Below, piece by piece: positions 43,900 to 52,823 of a stretch of DNA of 64,000 nt. The notes under the pieces were generated by a model. It was not told the origin of the DNA. It did no database searches and saw only the letters and a list, made by a program, of their open reading frames with translations. The DNA is from an uncultured Ignavibacteriaceae bacterium (lineage in GTDB: Bacteria; Zixibacteria; MSB-5A5; GN15; PGXB01), in NCBI GenBank assembly GCA_964459465.1, contig CAYWLR010000001.1, positions 35,866 to 99,865 on the forward strand, read 5' to 3'. A program made the position numbers and the translations under genes. Within the stretch, counting starts at the first letter, position 1. Each line of letters starts with the position of its first letter.

Positions 43900-45258
43900 A
43901 TGCAAGCTGTCAACCCCGCTACCGGGGAAATCATTAAGGAGTATCCCGAACATACCGGGGCGCAGGTCGCCGGAATAATCGAAGAAGTGCATCGCGAGTA
44001 TTTATCCTGGCGACGAACCGATTTTGAACGCCGCCGAACCCTGATGCACAACGCGGCGCACGTCCTCCGTGAAGGTAAAGAAGATTACGCCCGCATGATT
44101 TCAACCGAAATGGGTAAAATCATTTCGGAGTCACGGGCCGAAGTCGAAAAATGCGCCTGGGTATGCGAGTATTACGCCGATAATGCCGAAAAATTCCTGG
44201 CCGATGAAATAATCCCGACCGATGCCTCGCGCAGTTTTGTGGCGTTTCAGCCACTGGGGGTGATACTGGCGGTCATGCCCTGGAACTTTCCCTTCTGGCA
44301 GGTTTTCCGATTTGCCGCCCCCGCCCTGATGGCCGGGAATGCCGGGGTCCTCAAGCACGCCTCCAATGTTCCGGGCTCGGCGCTGGTCATCGAAGAGATT
44401 TTCCGCAAAGCCGGTTTCCCGCCCAACCTGTTTCGAACGTTGATGATTTCATCAAGCCTGGTCGATGACGTCATAAAAAACGACCGCATCAAGGCGGTGT
44501 CACTCACCGGGAGTGAACCGGCCGGAATGGCCGTGGCCGCAGCGGCTGGCCGTGAAATCAAAAAGACCCTGCTTGAACTCGGCGGCTCGGATCCTTACAT
44601 CGTTCTCGAAGACGCCGACCTTGCGGCCTGTGTGAAAACCTCGGTGACCGCGCGCATGATCAACGCCGGGCAGAGTTGCATCGCCGCCAAACGTTTTATT
44701 GTGGTCGAAAGTATTGTCCGTAAATTCGAGCGAATGCAAAAAGAAATAATGGAATCCCTGAAGGTCGGCGACCCACTGGATGAAAAAAACCAGGTGGGGC
44801 CGCTGGCCCGCCCCGATTTGCGCGATGAACTCGAGATTCAGGTGCAAAAATCAATCAAAATGGGGGCGCGGCTATTGTGTGGCGGCAAGAAGATTGCCGG
44901 GCCGGGAGCCTTCTATGAACCGACGGTCCTGACCGATGTCAAAAAAGGGATGCCGGTTTACCATGAAGAAACATTCGGGCCGGTGGCGGCCATTATCCCG
45001 GTCCGTGATATGGAAGAAGCCATTGAGGTGGCCAATGATTCCGCGTTTGGACTGGGTGGTTCCGTCTGGTCACAGGATCTCGCCAGAGCCGAAGAAGTGG
45101 CCCGCCGGGTTGAAACCGGAGCCATGTTTGTGAATGGTTTAACCAAATCCGACCCGCGACTCCCGTTCGGGGGGATAAAGAAATCCGGTTACGGACGGGA
45201 GTTGTCGCAATTTGGTATCAGGGAATTTGTCAACATCAAGACTATCTGGATCGCATGA
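43900..45258 (+). CDS. NAD(P)+-dependent aldehyde dehydrogenase, succinate-semialdehyde dehydrogenase-like
   Basis: Start at MQAVNPATGE, preceded by GGGGAG. ALDH catalytic Glu (LELGGSDP), Cys (NAGQSCIAAKRF), cofactor motif GSEPAG and C-terminal GIKKSGYGRE. Confidence 0.85.
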   Translation: MQAVNPATGEIIKEYPEHTGAQVAGIIEEVHREYLSWRRTDFERRRTLMHNAAHVLREGKEDYARMISTEMGKIISESRAEVEKCAWVCEYYADNAEKFLADEIIPTDASRSFVAFQPLGVILAVMPWNFPFWQVFRFAAPALMAGNAGVLKHASNVPGSALVIEEIFRKAGFPPNLFRTLMISSSLVDDVIKNDRIKAVSLTGSEPAGMAVAAAAGREIKKTLLELGGSDPYIVLEDADLAACVKTSVTARMINAGQSCIAAKRFIVVESIVRKFERMQKEIMESLKVGDPLDEKNQVGPLARPDLRDELEIQVQKSIKMGARLLCGGKKIAGPGAFYEPTVLTDVKKGMPVYHEETFGPVAAIIPVRDMEEAIEVANDSAFGLGGSVWSQDLARAEEVARRVETGAMFVNGLTKSDPRLPFGGIKKSGYGRELSQFGIREFVNIKTIWIA

Positions 45259-45267
45259 AGGTGAAAT

Positions 45268-45303
45268 AAAAAAGCCCCGTCGAATGGCGGGGCCTTTTTT
45301 TTA
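45268..45303. terminator. Bidirectional intrinsic terminator between convergent genes
   Basis: GCCCCG-tcgaatgg-CGGGGC hairpin flanked by an A-run (45268-45273) and a T-run (45295-45303). Confidence 0.8.
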
Positions 45304-45316
45304 TTCAAAATCGGTT

Positions 45317-47956
45317 CTATCGCAGTGTCCCACAGGAGCCCTGCCAGCTCGTGCATTCGCACAGTGACGGACCGTCTTCGTATAAATCGGCAATAAGATA
45401 AAGAATATCCAACAGGTTGACCGTACAATCACAATTGGCGTCGCCGGAACAAACGGGGTACGGTTTGGGATCCGGACCACTCTCATAAATATCCGCGATT
45501 AAGTAAAGAATATCCAGCAGGTTAATTGGGGAATTGCCGTTGGCATTGCCCGGAATACAATCACATACGGGAGGATTATCTTCATCGAAAAAGTCCAAAA
45601 TGCGCGCCATAATCGAATCGCGCTTGTCGTAGCCACCAAAATCATTGGAAATATCCTCGTACCCCCAGGCAAAAAAGACGACCTTGTAATCGCCCGCGTA
45701 TGAAACCGCCGAAGTCGGGCCGCCTTCATACTTGAACATAGCCTGCCCGCCATTAAACGGATTAATGGAACTGCCCTTCATGTAATCCTGATGGGCATAA
45801 CTGGTATAGCGCACACTCAAACCCTCGGCGATTGACCCCGGCAGACCCTCATGCACCAGTCCGAAATAATAGCCTCCGTAGGTGGCGTGCAAGTAATCAT
45901 TGAGGAAAGAGGGGTCTTCGACGTTGAGTTCCGAAGCAATCATTTGGCCCGTAAGAAACAACTTGCCGCCGCCGTCTAGATATGCCTTCATGGCGGCAAT
46001 ATCGCCCGCCTGCAAAAGATTCGACGAAGTATCGCCGGTAAACCAGATGACAACTTCATAGGCGCTCAACTCACCTGCCGTAGGCGCACCCTGCGACAAC
46101 TGGGTCCAGGTTCTTGACGGAACACCTGCATTATAGAGGTCGGCATAGAAGATTTCTTCGAAGTTATCGCCACGATCATCATCGACGATTAAAAATCGGG
46201 GCATGCCGACTATATGCTCGAATGAATACGTCTGCTCAAATATGCCGCCGTTGGCGGTTATCTCAACAAAAAAGGTGTCAAAGCGGGCATCGGCCGGGTT
46301 GGGAATGGTGAATGTAATAGGTTCGCCAAGGTTATTGGTTTTAGCCCCGTTACCAGGAATGCTTGCTTTATATACCGATTGATTTCCGAAAGTAATTTCC
46401 GGGTTGGTTGTAGTCATGTTTATTGTGGCGTTAGTGGCGGCCAGCCAGGCGTTTTCAAGGAAGAAATAGAATTCAACGGTCTCACCCGGGTCGAAATTAC
46501 CATCGGCGTTGGCGTCGTTGAAAACAGACGAATCCAAGACCAGATTGGGTCGCGACCAGGTTACATCCAGATTGGCCGTCATCAGGGAGTCCGAATTGGA
46601 AATATTCCAGACGGATACCTGGGTTATAGCTCCGGAATAGCTGCGGCTGTTGGGAACCGTGAGATCGTCAAAAGAGCGAACATTGCTGCTGCCGGGATAA
46701 GGGTCGCCGGCGTCACTTGAGCCCGCACCCCATTCCAGGTCGAAATCGCCGTCGGCTTGCTCCAATGCGACATGATAATGGTTGGGGTCATAATTGCCCC
46801 ATAGGGATTCATCTACGTGGTAAATCAATAGCCCTTCGCCATACAAGGCCAGATCGAAACCGACTTTCTGACGATTTTCCACAAGGAAATACTGATACCC
46901 GGAATAAGAACCTCCGGCCCAGAGTTTGTATATAACCGGTTCCGATTGAACCTGCGGGAATTCGACGCCCGTCATATTGCCTAATACCGGAGTGGCCGAT
47001 GCGAATCCCAGAAATACCCGGCTCCATGCGTCCAAATGCGAAGGTCTCCGCGACCCTCCGTTATAACTGCCGCCAGCCATCAAAGACCAGCGACCCAGGC
47101 CGTCGGAAGTCGACGGCGAGCCGTCTATATCATAAAGGTCGGGAAGACCCAATACATGGCCGTATTCATGGCAAAAAACCCCGATGGGCGAAATTGTGGC
47201 CGAGGATGCGGATTCTTCCGGTTCCATGGAATAAGCATTCACCCGAACGCCATCGACCCATACGTCGCTGGGCAGGTTCCATTGATGCGAATGTATTTCA
47301 TTGACGTTGCCGGATTCTTCATAACCGCTTCCGGCATGGACAACAAACAAACCGTCAACATAGCCATCGGATCCGCCAATATTATCGAAAATGGAAAAAT
47401 CCACGGTGGCGTCGGCGGCCAGGACGGCATCCCGGGTCAGCCCTTGGGCGTTTTGCGGATATGAACCAAAACCCTTCTGGCCGTTGACATAATAGGCATA
47501 AGTTTGGGGCATGCGAAACCAGCCATAAACCACACCGCTAATGAAGAAGTTGCCGTAAGAATTTTCCAGATAAAATTCGGTCATGGAACCGGTGGGGTTA
47601 AGCCCCTGGGAAAACAAGACCGAATCGAACTGCGACGGAGTGGCTGCTACCGCGCCGCCGGTATATGGATTATCAGAGAAATCCACCAGTAATACCAGAA
47701 CATGGACCGTATCGACAACGCCATTATCACCCAAAGCCCGGATTTGATTGGCGCGCGTCTGCGCCGGGTTGCTTATGCCCCGGGCACGGTCAAGTATATC
47801 CCGGGCGACGTACTCGTCCCATTTGCCCTCGGCAATGAGAGTGGCCTTGACGTCCGGATGCAGACTATGACCAAAAATCGGAGCGCTTGATAAAAGAATT
47901 AATAACATGCAAAAGATTGAAAACTTACTGATCACTTTTGAATTCATGGATGCCAT
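45317..47956 (-). CDS. Secreted M6-family (immune inhibitor A-like) metalloprotease with Cys-rich dockerin-like C-terminus
   Basis: Signal peptide, zinc motif FCHEYGHVLGLPDLYD, large downstream beta domains and a Cys-rich twin NLLDILYLIAD repeat tail. Confidence 0.85.
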   Translation of the reverse strand: MASMNSKVISKFSIFCMLLILLSSAPIFGHSLHPDVKATLIAEGKWDEYVARDILDRARGISNPAQTRANQIRALGDNGVVDTVHVLVLLVDFSDNPYTGGAVAATPSQFDSVLFSQGLNPTGSMTEFYLENSYGNFFISGVVYGWFRMPQTYAYYVNGQKGFGSYPQNAQGLTRDAVLAADATVDFSIFDNIGGSDGYVDGLFVVHAGSGYEESGNVNEIHSHQWNLPSDVWVDGVRVNAYSMEPEESASSATISPIGVFCHEYGHVLGLPDLYDIDGSPSTSDGLGRWSLMAGGSYNGGSRRPSHLDAWSRVFLGFASATPVLGNMTGVEFPQVQSEPVIYKLWAGGSYSGYQYFLVENRQKVGFDLALYGEGLLIYHVDESLWGNYDPNHYHVALEQADGDFDLEWGAGSSDAGDPYPGSSNVRSFDDLTVPNSRSYSGAITQVSVWNISNSDSLMTANLDVTWSRPNLVLDSSVFNDANADGNFDPGETVEFYFFLENAWLAATNATINMTTTNPEITFGNQSVYKASIPGNGAKTNNLGEPITFTIPNPADARFDTFFVEITANGGIFEQTYSFEHIVGMPRFLIVDDDRGDNFEEIFYADLYNAGVPSRTWTQLSQGAPTAGELSAYEVVIWFTGDTSSNLLQAGDIAAMKAYLDGGGKLFLTGQMIASELNVEDPSFLNDYLHATYGGYYFGLVHEGLPGSIAEGLSVRYTSYAHQDYMKGSSINPFNGGQAMFKYEGGPTSAVSYAGDYKVVFFAWGYEDISNDFGGYDKRDSIMARILDFFDEDNPPVCDCIPGNANGNSPINLLDILYLIADIYESGPDPKPYPVCSGDANCDCTVNLLDILYLIADLYEDGPSLCECTSWQGSCGTLR
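45320..45565 (-). other. Dockerin-like module, cysteine-rich variant
   Basis: CDCIPGNANGNSPINLLDILYLIADIYESGPDPKPYPVCSGDANCDCTVNLLDILYLIADLYEDGPSLCECTSWQGSCGTLR. Confidence 0.7.
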
Positions 47957-48074
47957 TCCTTTAAATTGTTATTCGCCTCTCGGCGCAGTATTATTCAATC
48001 TGTAAAACCGGTAAAGGGCTGTGAAGGTTCTAATCAAACAACCTTTCGGTGTGGAAATCTTGGCGGTATACATT

Positions 48075-48102
48075 ATTATATTCGCTTTTTGAAAAATGTC
48101 AA
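48075..48102 (-). promoter_or_regulatory. Sigma70-type promoter TTGACA-N16-TATAAT (minus strand) for the M6 protease gene
   Basis: Plus-strand tgtcaa at 48097-48102 and attata at 48075-48080. Confidence 0.5.
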
Positions 48103-48150
48103 TTAATCATTGTTGGTCAACATCGTCCAAAACCGTGTCTATTTGCAGTA

Positions 48151-48178
48151 TTGACATTCCGGTCATAAGGTATATATT
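48151..48178 (+). promoter_or_regulatory. Possible sigma70-type promoter TTGACA-N16-TATATT for the FG-GAP gene
   Basis: ttgaca at 48151-48156 and tatatt at 48173-48178. It is divergent from the M6 promoter. Confidence 0.35.
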
Positions 48179-48235
48179 GACTATACCGGTTTACTTGCCG
48201 CCGCTATAATTCGTTTGGCAATAACGGGATATATA

Positions 48236-49543
48236 ATGAAACCTGCGCTATTTACATTATTTATCGGTTTATGGGTGACTTTTTCCACTTCTCTCGCCCA
48301 GGATAGCATTTTTTCTGAGCCCAATTTCCATGGCGCCGGATCCTTCCCACGCGATATTGTATCAAAAGATTTCAACAACGATGGACTTCCGGATATCGCC
48401 GTTGTCAATTCCGGAGATAATGAAATTATGGTGTTATTGAATACCGGGAATGGCTCGTTCCTTGTTTCAGATATCTGTTCTGCCGGCACATACCCGGTTT
48501 CGATCTACGCCGGATTACTCAACGATGATACCTATATCGATCTGGCCTGCGCCAATAATAATAGCAATGACGTTTCAGTATTCTGGGGTTATGGCGATGG
48601 GCAATTTGGTAATGCTGTTAGTTATGGTGCGGGGGGAATGCCACGATCTCTCTGTGCGGCCGATTTCGACCGCGATGGCCATATCGACTTGGCCTCGGCC
48701 AATACCCAGTCTAATGACGTTTCGATTTTCCATAACCAGGGAGGCGGCGTCTTTTATCCAGCCATAGCTCATTCCGTCGGCGGCAGTCCCACCTCCGTGG
48801 TGGCGGCCAATCTTGACCGGACAAGAGGCGAAGACCTTATCCTGGCCAATTATAACCCCGGCATGATTTCGGTGATGTTTAATCACGGCGACGCTTTTTT
48901 TGATCCGCCATTGAATCACGCCGCGGGGACGGGGCCATATGCCCTCGCAGCGGGATATATAGACGGTAATAATACCATCGACTTGGCTATTGCCAACTAT
49001 GACGGTAATTCGGTTTCGATAATACTCAATAACGGCGACAGCACATTTGCTGCGGCTGTCGACTATGAAGTGGGGCAGTGGCCGGCCGATATCTGTCTTC
49101 TGGATATCGACTTCGACGGCAATATCGATGTCGTGACAGCCAACAGCCTTTCGGACGATATTACCGTGCTTTTAAATCAGGGCGACGGGACATTTATCTT
49201 TGCTGCTACTTATCCCGCCGGAGATTGCCCGGTTGCGATATGTACCGGCGATTTCGACGGTAATCGCGATATTGACCTGGTAGTGGCCAATTTCTGGGAT
49301 AATAACTTCGCGATTTTCTTTAATCTTACCAATGGCAATTTTATTTGCGGTGACTGCAATGACGACGAGAATGTGAATCTTCTCGATATCCTGTATCTGA
49401 TCGATAATATCTATGGCGATGGTCCGGAACCGACACCGCCGGAAGCAGGAGATGTCAACTCTGACTATAACTTAAACCTTTTGGATATATTATATCTTAT
49501 AACCTCGATCTATGGCGATGGGGCAGATCCCGTGTGCCCATAA
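48236..49543 (+). CDS. Secreted seven-repeat FG-GAP/VCBS beta-propeller protein with C-terminal dockerin-like module
   Basis: Start at MKPALFTLFIGLWVTFSTSLAQ. Seven repeats of the D-[FI]-[DN]-x-D-G-x-x-D-[IL]-x-x-A-N...[VI]-x-[VI]-[LF]-x-N-x-G-[DN]-G-x-F type, then a dockerin-like tail. Confidence 0.85.
   Translation: MKPALFTLFIGLWVTFSTSLAQDSIFSEPNFHGAGSFPRDIVSKDFNNDGLPDIAVVNSGDNEIMVLLNTGNGSFLVSDICSAGTYPVSIYAGLLNDDTYIDLACANNNSNDVSVFWGYGDGQFGNAVSYGAGGMPRSLCAADFDRDGHIDLASANTQSNDVSIFHNQGGGVFYPAIAHSVGGSPTSVVAANLDRTRGEDLILANYNPGMISVMFNHGDAFFDPPLNHAAGTGPYALAAGYIDGNNTIDLAIANYDGNSVSIILNNGDSTFAAAVDYEVGQWPADICLLDIDFDGNIDVVTANSLSDDITVLLNQGDGTFIFAATYPAGDCPVAICTGDFDGNRDIDLVVANFWDNNFAIFFNLTNGNFICGDCNDDENVNLLDILYLIDNIYGDGPEPTPPEAGDVNSDYNLNLLDILYLITSIYGDGADPVCP
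49346..49540 (+). other. Dockerin-like twin EF-hand module (C-terminal)
   Basis: CGDCNDDENVNLLDILYLIDNIYGDGPEPTPPEAGDVNSDYNLNLLDILYLITSIYGDGADPVCP. Confidence 0.8.
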
Positions 49544-49661
49544 GCCGGTATTAAAAAATTTTGTCGGCATTATTATGCTTAGCCCAATTTGGGAATTAAT
49601 ATGATATTATTGTACAATAAGTTATGTGTATATAAAATTTGGCAAACGTGAAATAATTCAC

Positions 49662-49690
49662 TTGACAAATTTTGTTATAAATCTTATCAT
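49662..49690 (+). promoter_or_regulatory. Possible sigma70-type promoter TTGACA-N17-TATCAT upstream of the Rrf2 gene
   Basis: ttgaca at 49662-49667 and tatcat at 49685-49690, in an AT-rich region. Confidence 0.35.
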
Positions 49691-49730
49691 TTTACTAATA
49701 ATAAGCGTTCATTATATTGAGAATATAAAT

Positions 49731-50237
49731 ATGAAGTTTTCAACCAGAGCCCGATATGGACTGCGCATGATGGTCGAATTGGCCCGCGCCAACAGCGGTG
49801 ACCAGTTGACACATTTAGGCAAGATTGCCCGGATCACGGCTCTTTCCGAAAACTATTTGGCCCAGCTGGCCATGTCGTTGAAGGGGGCCGGATTGTTAAT
49901 AGGCGTCTCCGGCAAAAATGGCGGTTACCGGTTGGCCCAGCCGGCCGACCGGATTAAAGTATCCGACGTGGTAACCGCTCTGATCGGGCCTATTGGATTG
50001 ACCGAATGCATTACTCATCCGGACATATGTCTGGCCAGTTGTTTTTGTGAAACCAGGCTGGTTTGGGCGCTGGTCAATCATCGCGTCATGCAGACGCTCG
50101 AAGAGTTTACGCTGGCCGATTTGATTGACAAAGGCTGGGCAAGCCGGGTGCGTGCCGAATATCAGGCCGTGCCATATATGAACCCTGACGATGTCATGCG
50201 GGACAAAGACGACATATCCGTCCAGGGATGCCCTTAA
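49731..50237 (+). CDS. Rrf2 family transcriptional regulator with a Cys cluster (probable Fe-S sensor)
   Basis: Start at MKFSTRARYGLRMMVELA (canonical Rrf2 N-terminus), winged helix ISENYLAQL, and Cys cluster ECITHPDICLASCFCE. Confidence 0.85.
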   Translation: MKFSTRARYGLRMMVELARANSGDQLTHLGKIARITALSENYLAQLAMSLKGAGLLIGVSGKNGGYRLAQPADRIKVSDVVTALIGPIGLTECITHPDICLASCFCETRLVWALVNHRVMQTLEEFTLADLIDKGWASRVRAEYQAVPYMNPDDVMRDKDDISVQGCP

Positions 50238-50278
50238 TAAAATTGATGGAAAGTTGATTAAAATATAAAGGAGTTGCA

Positions 50279-51199
50279 GTGATGCCGGCAGTACAGATTA
50301 TCACGTACATCTCGCTTATCGTGTCATTTGTCGCCATGCTGTATAAGGCTTACCGTTATGCCACCGCACCCCAGTCGATGCGCTGGGAATTGTACCCGGT
50401 TCCGCACGAAAAGGGGCGGGCGGCCTATGGCGGGTCATATCTGGAAGAACTGGACTGGTGGACCAAACCCCGCCACACCGACACCCTCAATGAACTCAAA
50501 GAGATGGGCTCGGAAATAATTTTTTTAAAGGGCGTTTTTCATAATAAAAAGACCCTGTGGTACTTCACCTTCCCGTTTCATTTCGGGTTGTATGTAACCA
50601 TCGGCTGGCTTTTGTTACTGCTCCTGGGAGCCATTCTTCAACTGGTCGGGGTGGAGGTGTCGTCGCCGGCGCGCGGAATAGGCGCGATTGTACACATTGT
50701 CACGATTCCGGTTGGTTATATCGGGTTGTTCCTTGCCGGGCTGGGCGCTCTGGGACTCCTCTTCTGGCGGCTGGGCGACAAAGAACAGCGACGGTTCAAT
50801 GCTCCCATCGATTATTTTAATCTTGTTTTTTTTGTGGTTGTCGTCAGTGTAACGCTTGTCAGCCAGCTTGGATCTGACCCCTCGTTTCAATATACCCGTT
50901 CCTATGTGGCTTCCCTGGTTTCGTTCTCGCACGCAACGATACCGAGTGCCCTGTTCGCAGCGGAACTGGTCTTGATATCGTTAATAATTCTTTATATCCC
51001 GTTGACCCGGATGTCCCATTTTGTCGCCAAATACTTTTTATACCATGCCGTTCGCTGGAACGATGAGCCTAATCCTAAAGGTAGCAAAATAGAAAAACGC
51101 ATTATGGAACTTTTGGGGCGACCGGTCGGCTGGTCCGCCGGACATATCCAGACCGGAAAAAGCTGGGGCGAAGTCGTAAAGGAGCCGAAAAATGACTGA
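50279..51199 (+). CDS. NarI-like/DsrM-like integral membrane protein (putative b-type cytochrome quinol-interacting subunit)
   Basis: Polytopic membrane protein with an RWELYPVPHE segment and conserved His in the TM helices. AGGAG SD. Overlaps the downstream Fe-S/CCG gene by 8 nt. Confidence 0.65.
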   Translation: MMPAVQIITYISLIVSFVAMLYKAYRYATAPQSMRWELYPVPHEKGRAAYGGSYLEELDWWTKPRHTDTLNELKEMGSEIIFLKGVFHNKKTLWYFTFPFHFGLYVTIGWLLLLLLGAILQLVGVEVSSPARGIGAIVHIVTIPVGYIGLFLAGLGALGLLFWRLGDKEQRRFNAPIDYFNLVFFVVVVSVTLVSQLGSDPSFQYTRSYVASLVSFSHATIPSALFAAELVLISLIILYIPLTRMSHFVAKYFLYHAVRWNDEPNPKGSKIEKRIMELLGRPVGWSAGHIQTGKSWGEVVKEPKND

Positions 51200-52805
51200 T
51201 AAAGCCATTCGCATCAAGGACCTCGGCAAAAATGTCGATCAACTCTTTGAATTCAAATTCAATGAATTACCCAAACTGCCCTATCCCTACGAGGACTGGG
51301 TCGATCCGGACCTGCCAGAAGTTCCCGAAAAAAAACGCATCGGGCTGGATACCTCGCTTGACGGCGTCATGAATGTCAAAGTTCCGATTCCCGAGACGGA
51401 AGAAGGCAAGCAGGAAATGGTCGCCAAATTCCTGAATGGCCTCCAGAAGCTCTTGAGCAAGGACAGCAACTGGACCTTTTTAAAACCGTTTATGCTGTCG
51501 CTGGATAACTGCGTCAAGTGTAACACCTGTAGCGCGGCCTGTCCGGTGTTCAATGAGAGCGGCCGCGTGGAAATATATCGCCCCCTTTTCCGCTCCGATA
51601 CCTTACGGCGTATAATTCGAAAATATATCAAACCGGGCGGCAAACTCACTGCCAAATTTACCGGCGCCGATATCGACCTCAACTGGGAGACGGTGGCTCG
51701 TCTGGCCCAGATGTCTTATCGCTGCACGCTCTGCCGCCGTTGTGCCCAAACCTGCCCGATGGGGGTCGACAACGGTCTGATTGCCCGCGAAATCCGCAAA
51801 CTGTTCAGTCAGGAACTGGGCATCGCCCCGCAGGAACTTCATGGCGACGGAACCGTCAAACAACTGGCCACCGGATCTTCTACCGGCATTTCCCCGGTTG
51901 CCCTGATGGATATGATGGAATTCGCGGAAGAAGACTTGACCGACCGAACCGGTCTTTCGATTAAGTTCCCGTTCGATAAATCCGGCGCCGACATACTGCT
52001 CATCCACAACGCGGGCGAATTTCTCTCCTGGCCGGAAAATGTCGAAGCTTTCGCGGTCATATTCGAAGCGGCCGGTTTAAGCTGGACCATGTCCAGCGAC
52101 CTGGTCGGTTATGATTCAGTCAACTACGGACTTTTTTATGATGACGCCCAATACGCCCGGGTAACTTTGAAACACGCCGAGATAGCCAAAAAACTCGGTG
52201 TCAAAAAGGTCGTCATGGGTGAATGCGGCCACGCCCACAAGGCTGCCATGGCCATCGGCGACCGTATTTGGGTGCAGGAGGTCAATGTCCCGCGCGAGTC
52301 CTGTTTTGTCACGCTTGAAGACATCGTCGTCAATAATAGAATCAAATATGACCCGCAGCGCAACAATTTCCCGGTCACGCTTCACGATCCCTGCAACGTT
52401 ACCCGTTCGATGGGCATTATTATGCCGCAGCGCAATGTCATCAAACGAATCTGCCCTCAGTTTCGGGAAATGACCCCGCACGGCGTTAATAACTATTGCT
52501 GTGGCGGCGGCAGCGGGTTTGCCATCATGCAGTCCAATAATTTTCCCAACTGGCGTTCGGCGGTTTCGGGACGGCGCAAATTCCGACAGATTCTGGAAGC
52601 CTTCACCCGTGAGGAACTTGACCCGGCGAAAAACAAATATGTCTGCGCCCCCTGCTCCAATTGCAAGGGCCAGATCCGGGATTTGATTACCTATTTCGAC
52701 GCCTGGGAAAGGATTCATCTGCAGTACGGCGGTCTGGTGGAATTGATCGTCAATTGTATGACCGACGTCAAGGAGGGCTTCATCGAATGGGATGAATTCC
52801 ATTGA
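51192..52805 (+). CDS. HdrD/DsrK-like iron-sulfur protein with CCG domain
   Basis: Two ferredoxin motifs (CVKCNTCSAACP and CTLCRRCAQTCP), CCG-domain cysteines (HDPCNVTR ... NNYCCGGGSGF) and CAPCSNCKGQ. Confidence 0.8.
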   Translation: MTDKAIRIKDLGKNVDQLFEFKFNELPKLPYPYEDWVDPDLPEVPEKKRIGLDTSLDGVMNVKVPIPETEEGKQEMVAKFLNGLQKLLSKDSNWTFLKPFMLSLDNCVKCNTCSAACPVFNESGRVEIYRPLFRSDTLRRIIRKYIKPGGKLTAKFTGADIDLNWETVARLAQMSYRCTLCRRCAQTCPMGVDNGLIAREIRKLFSQELGIAPQELHGDGTVKQLATGSSTGISPVALMDMMEFAEEDLTDRTGLSIKFPFDKSGADILLIHNAGEFLSWPENVEAFAVIFEAAGLSWTMSSDLVGYDSVNYGLFYDDAQYARVTLKHAEIAKKLGVKKVVMGECGHAHKAAMAIGDRIWVQEVNVPRESCFVTLEDIVVNNRIKYDPQRNNFPVTLHDPCNVTRSMGIIMPQRNVIKRICPQFREMTPHGVNNYCCGGGSGFAIMQSNNFPNWRSAVSGRRKFRQILEAFTREELDPAKNKYVCAPCSNCKGQIRDLITYFDAWERIHLQYGGLVELIVNCMTDVKEGFIEWDEFH

Positions 52806-52823
52806 TGGAGTCCGAAATTGGGC

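Noticed and set aside
4198-49543. Interpreting the dockerin-like proteins as a classical cellulosome.
   Set aside because: None of the nine tagged proteins has glycoside hydrolase, carbohydrate esterase or CBM signatures, and no cohesin-bearing scaffoldin is recognisable. The enzymes are peptidases and a dehydrogenase-like propeller.
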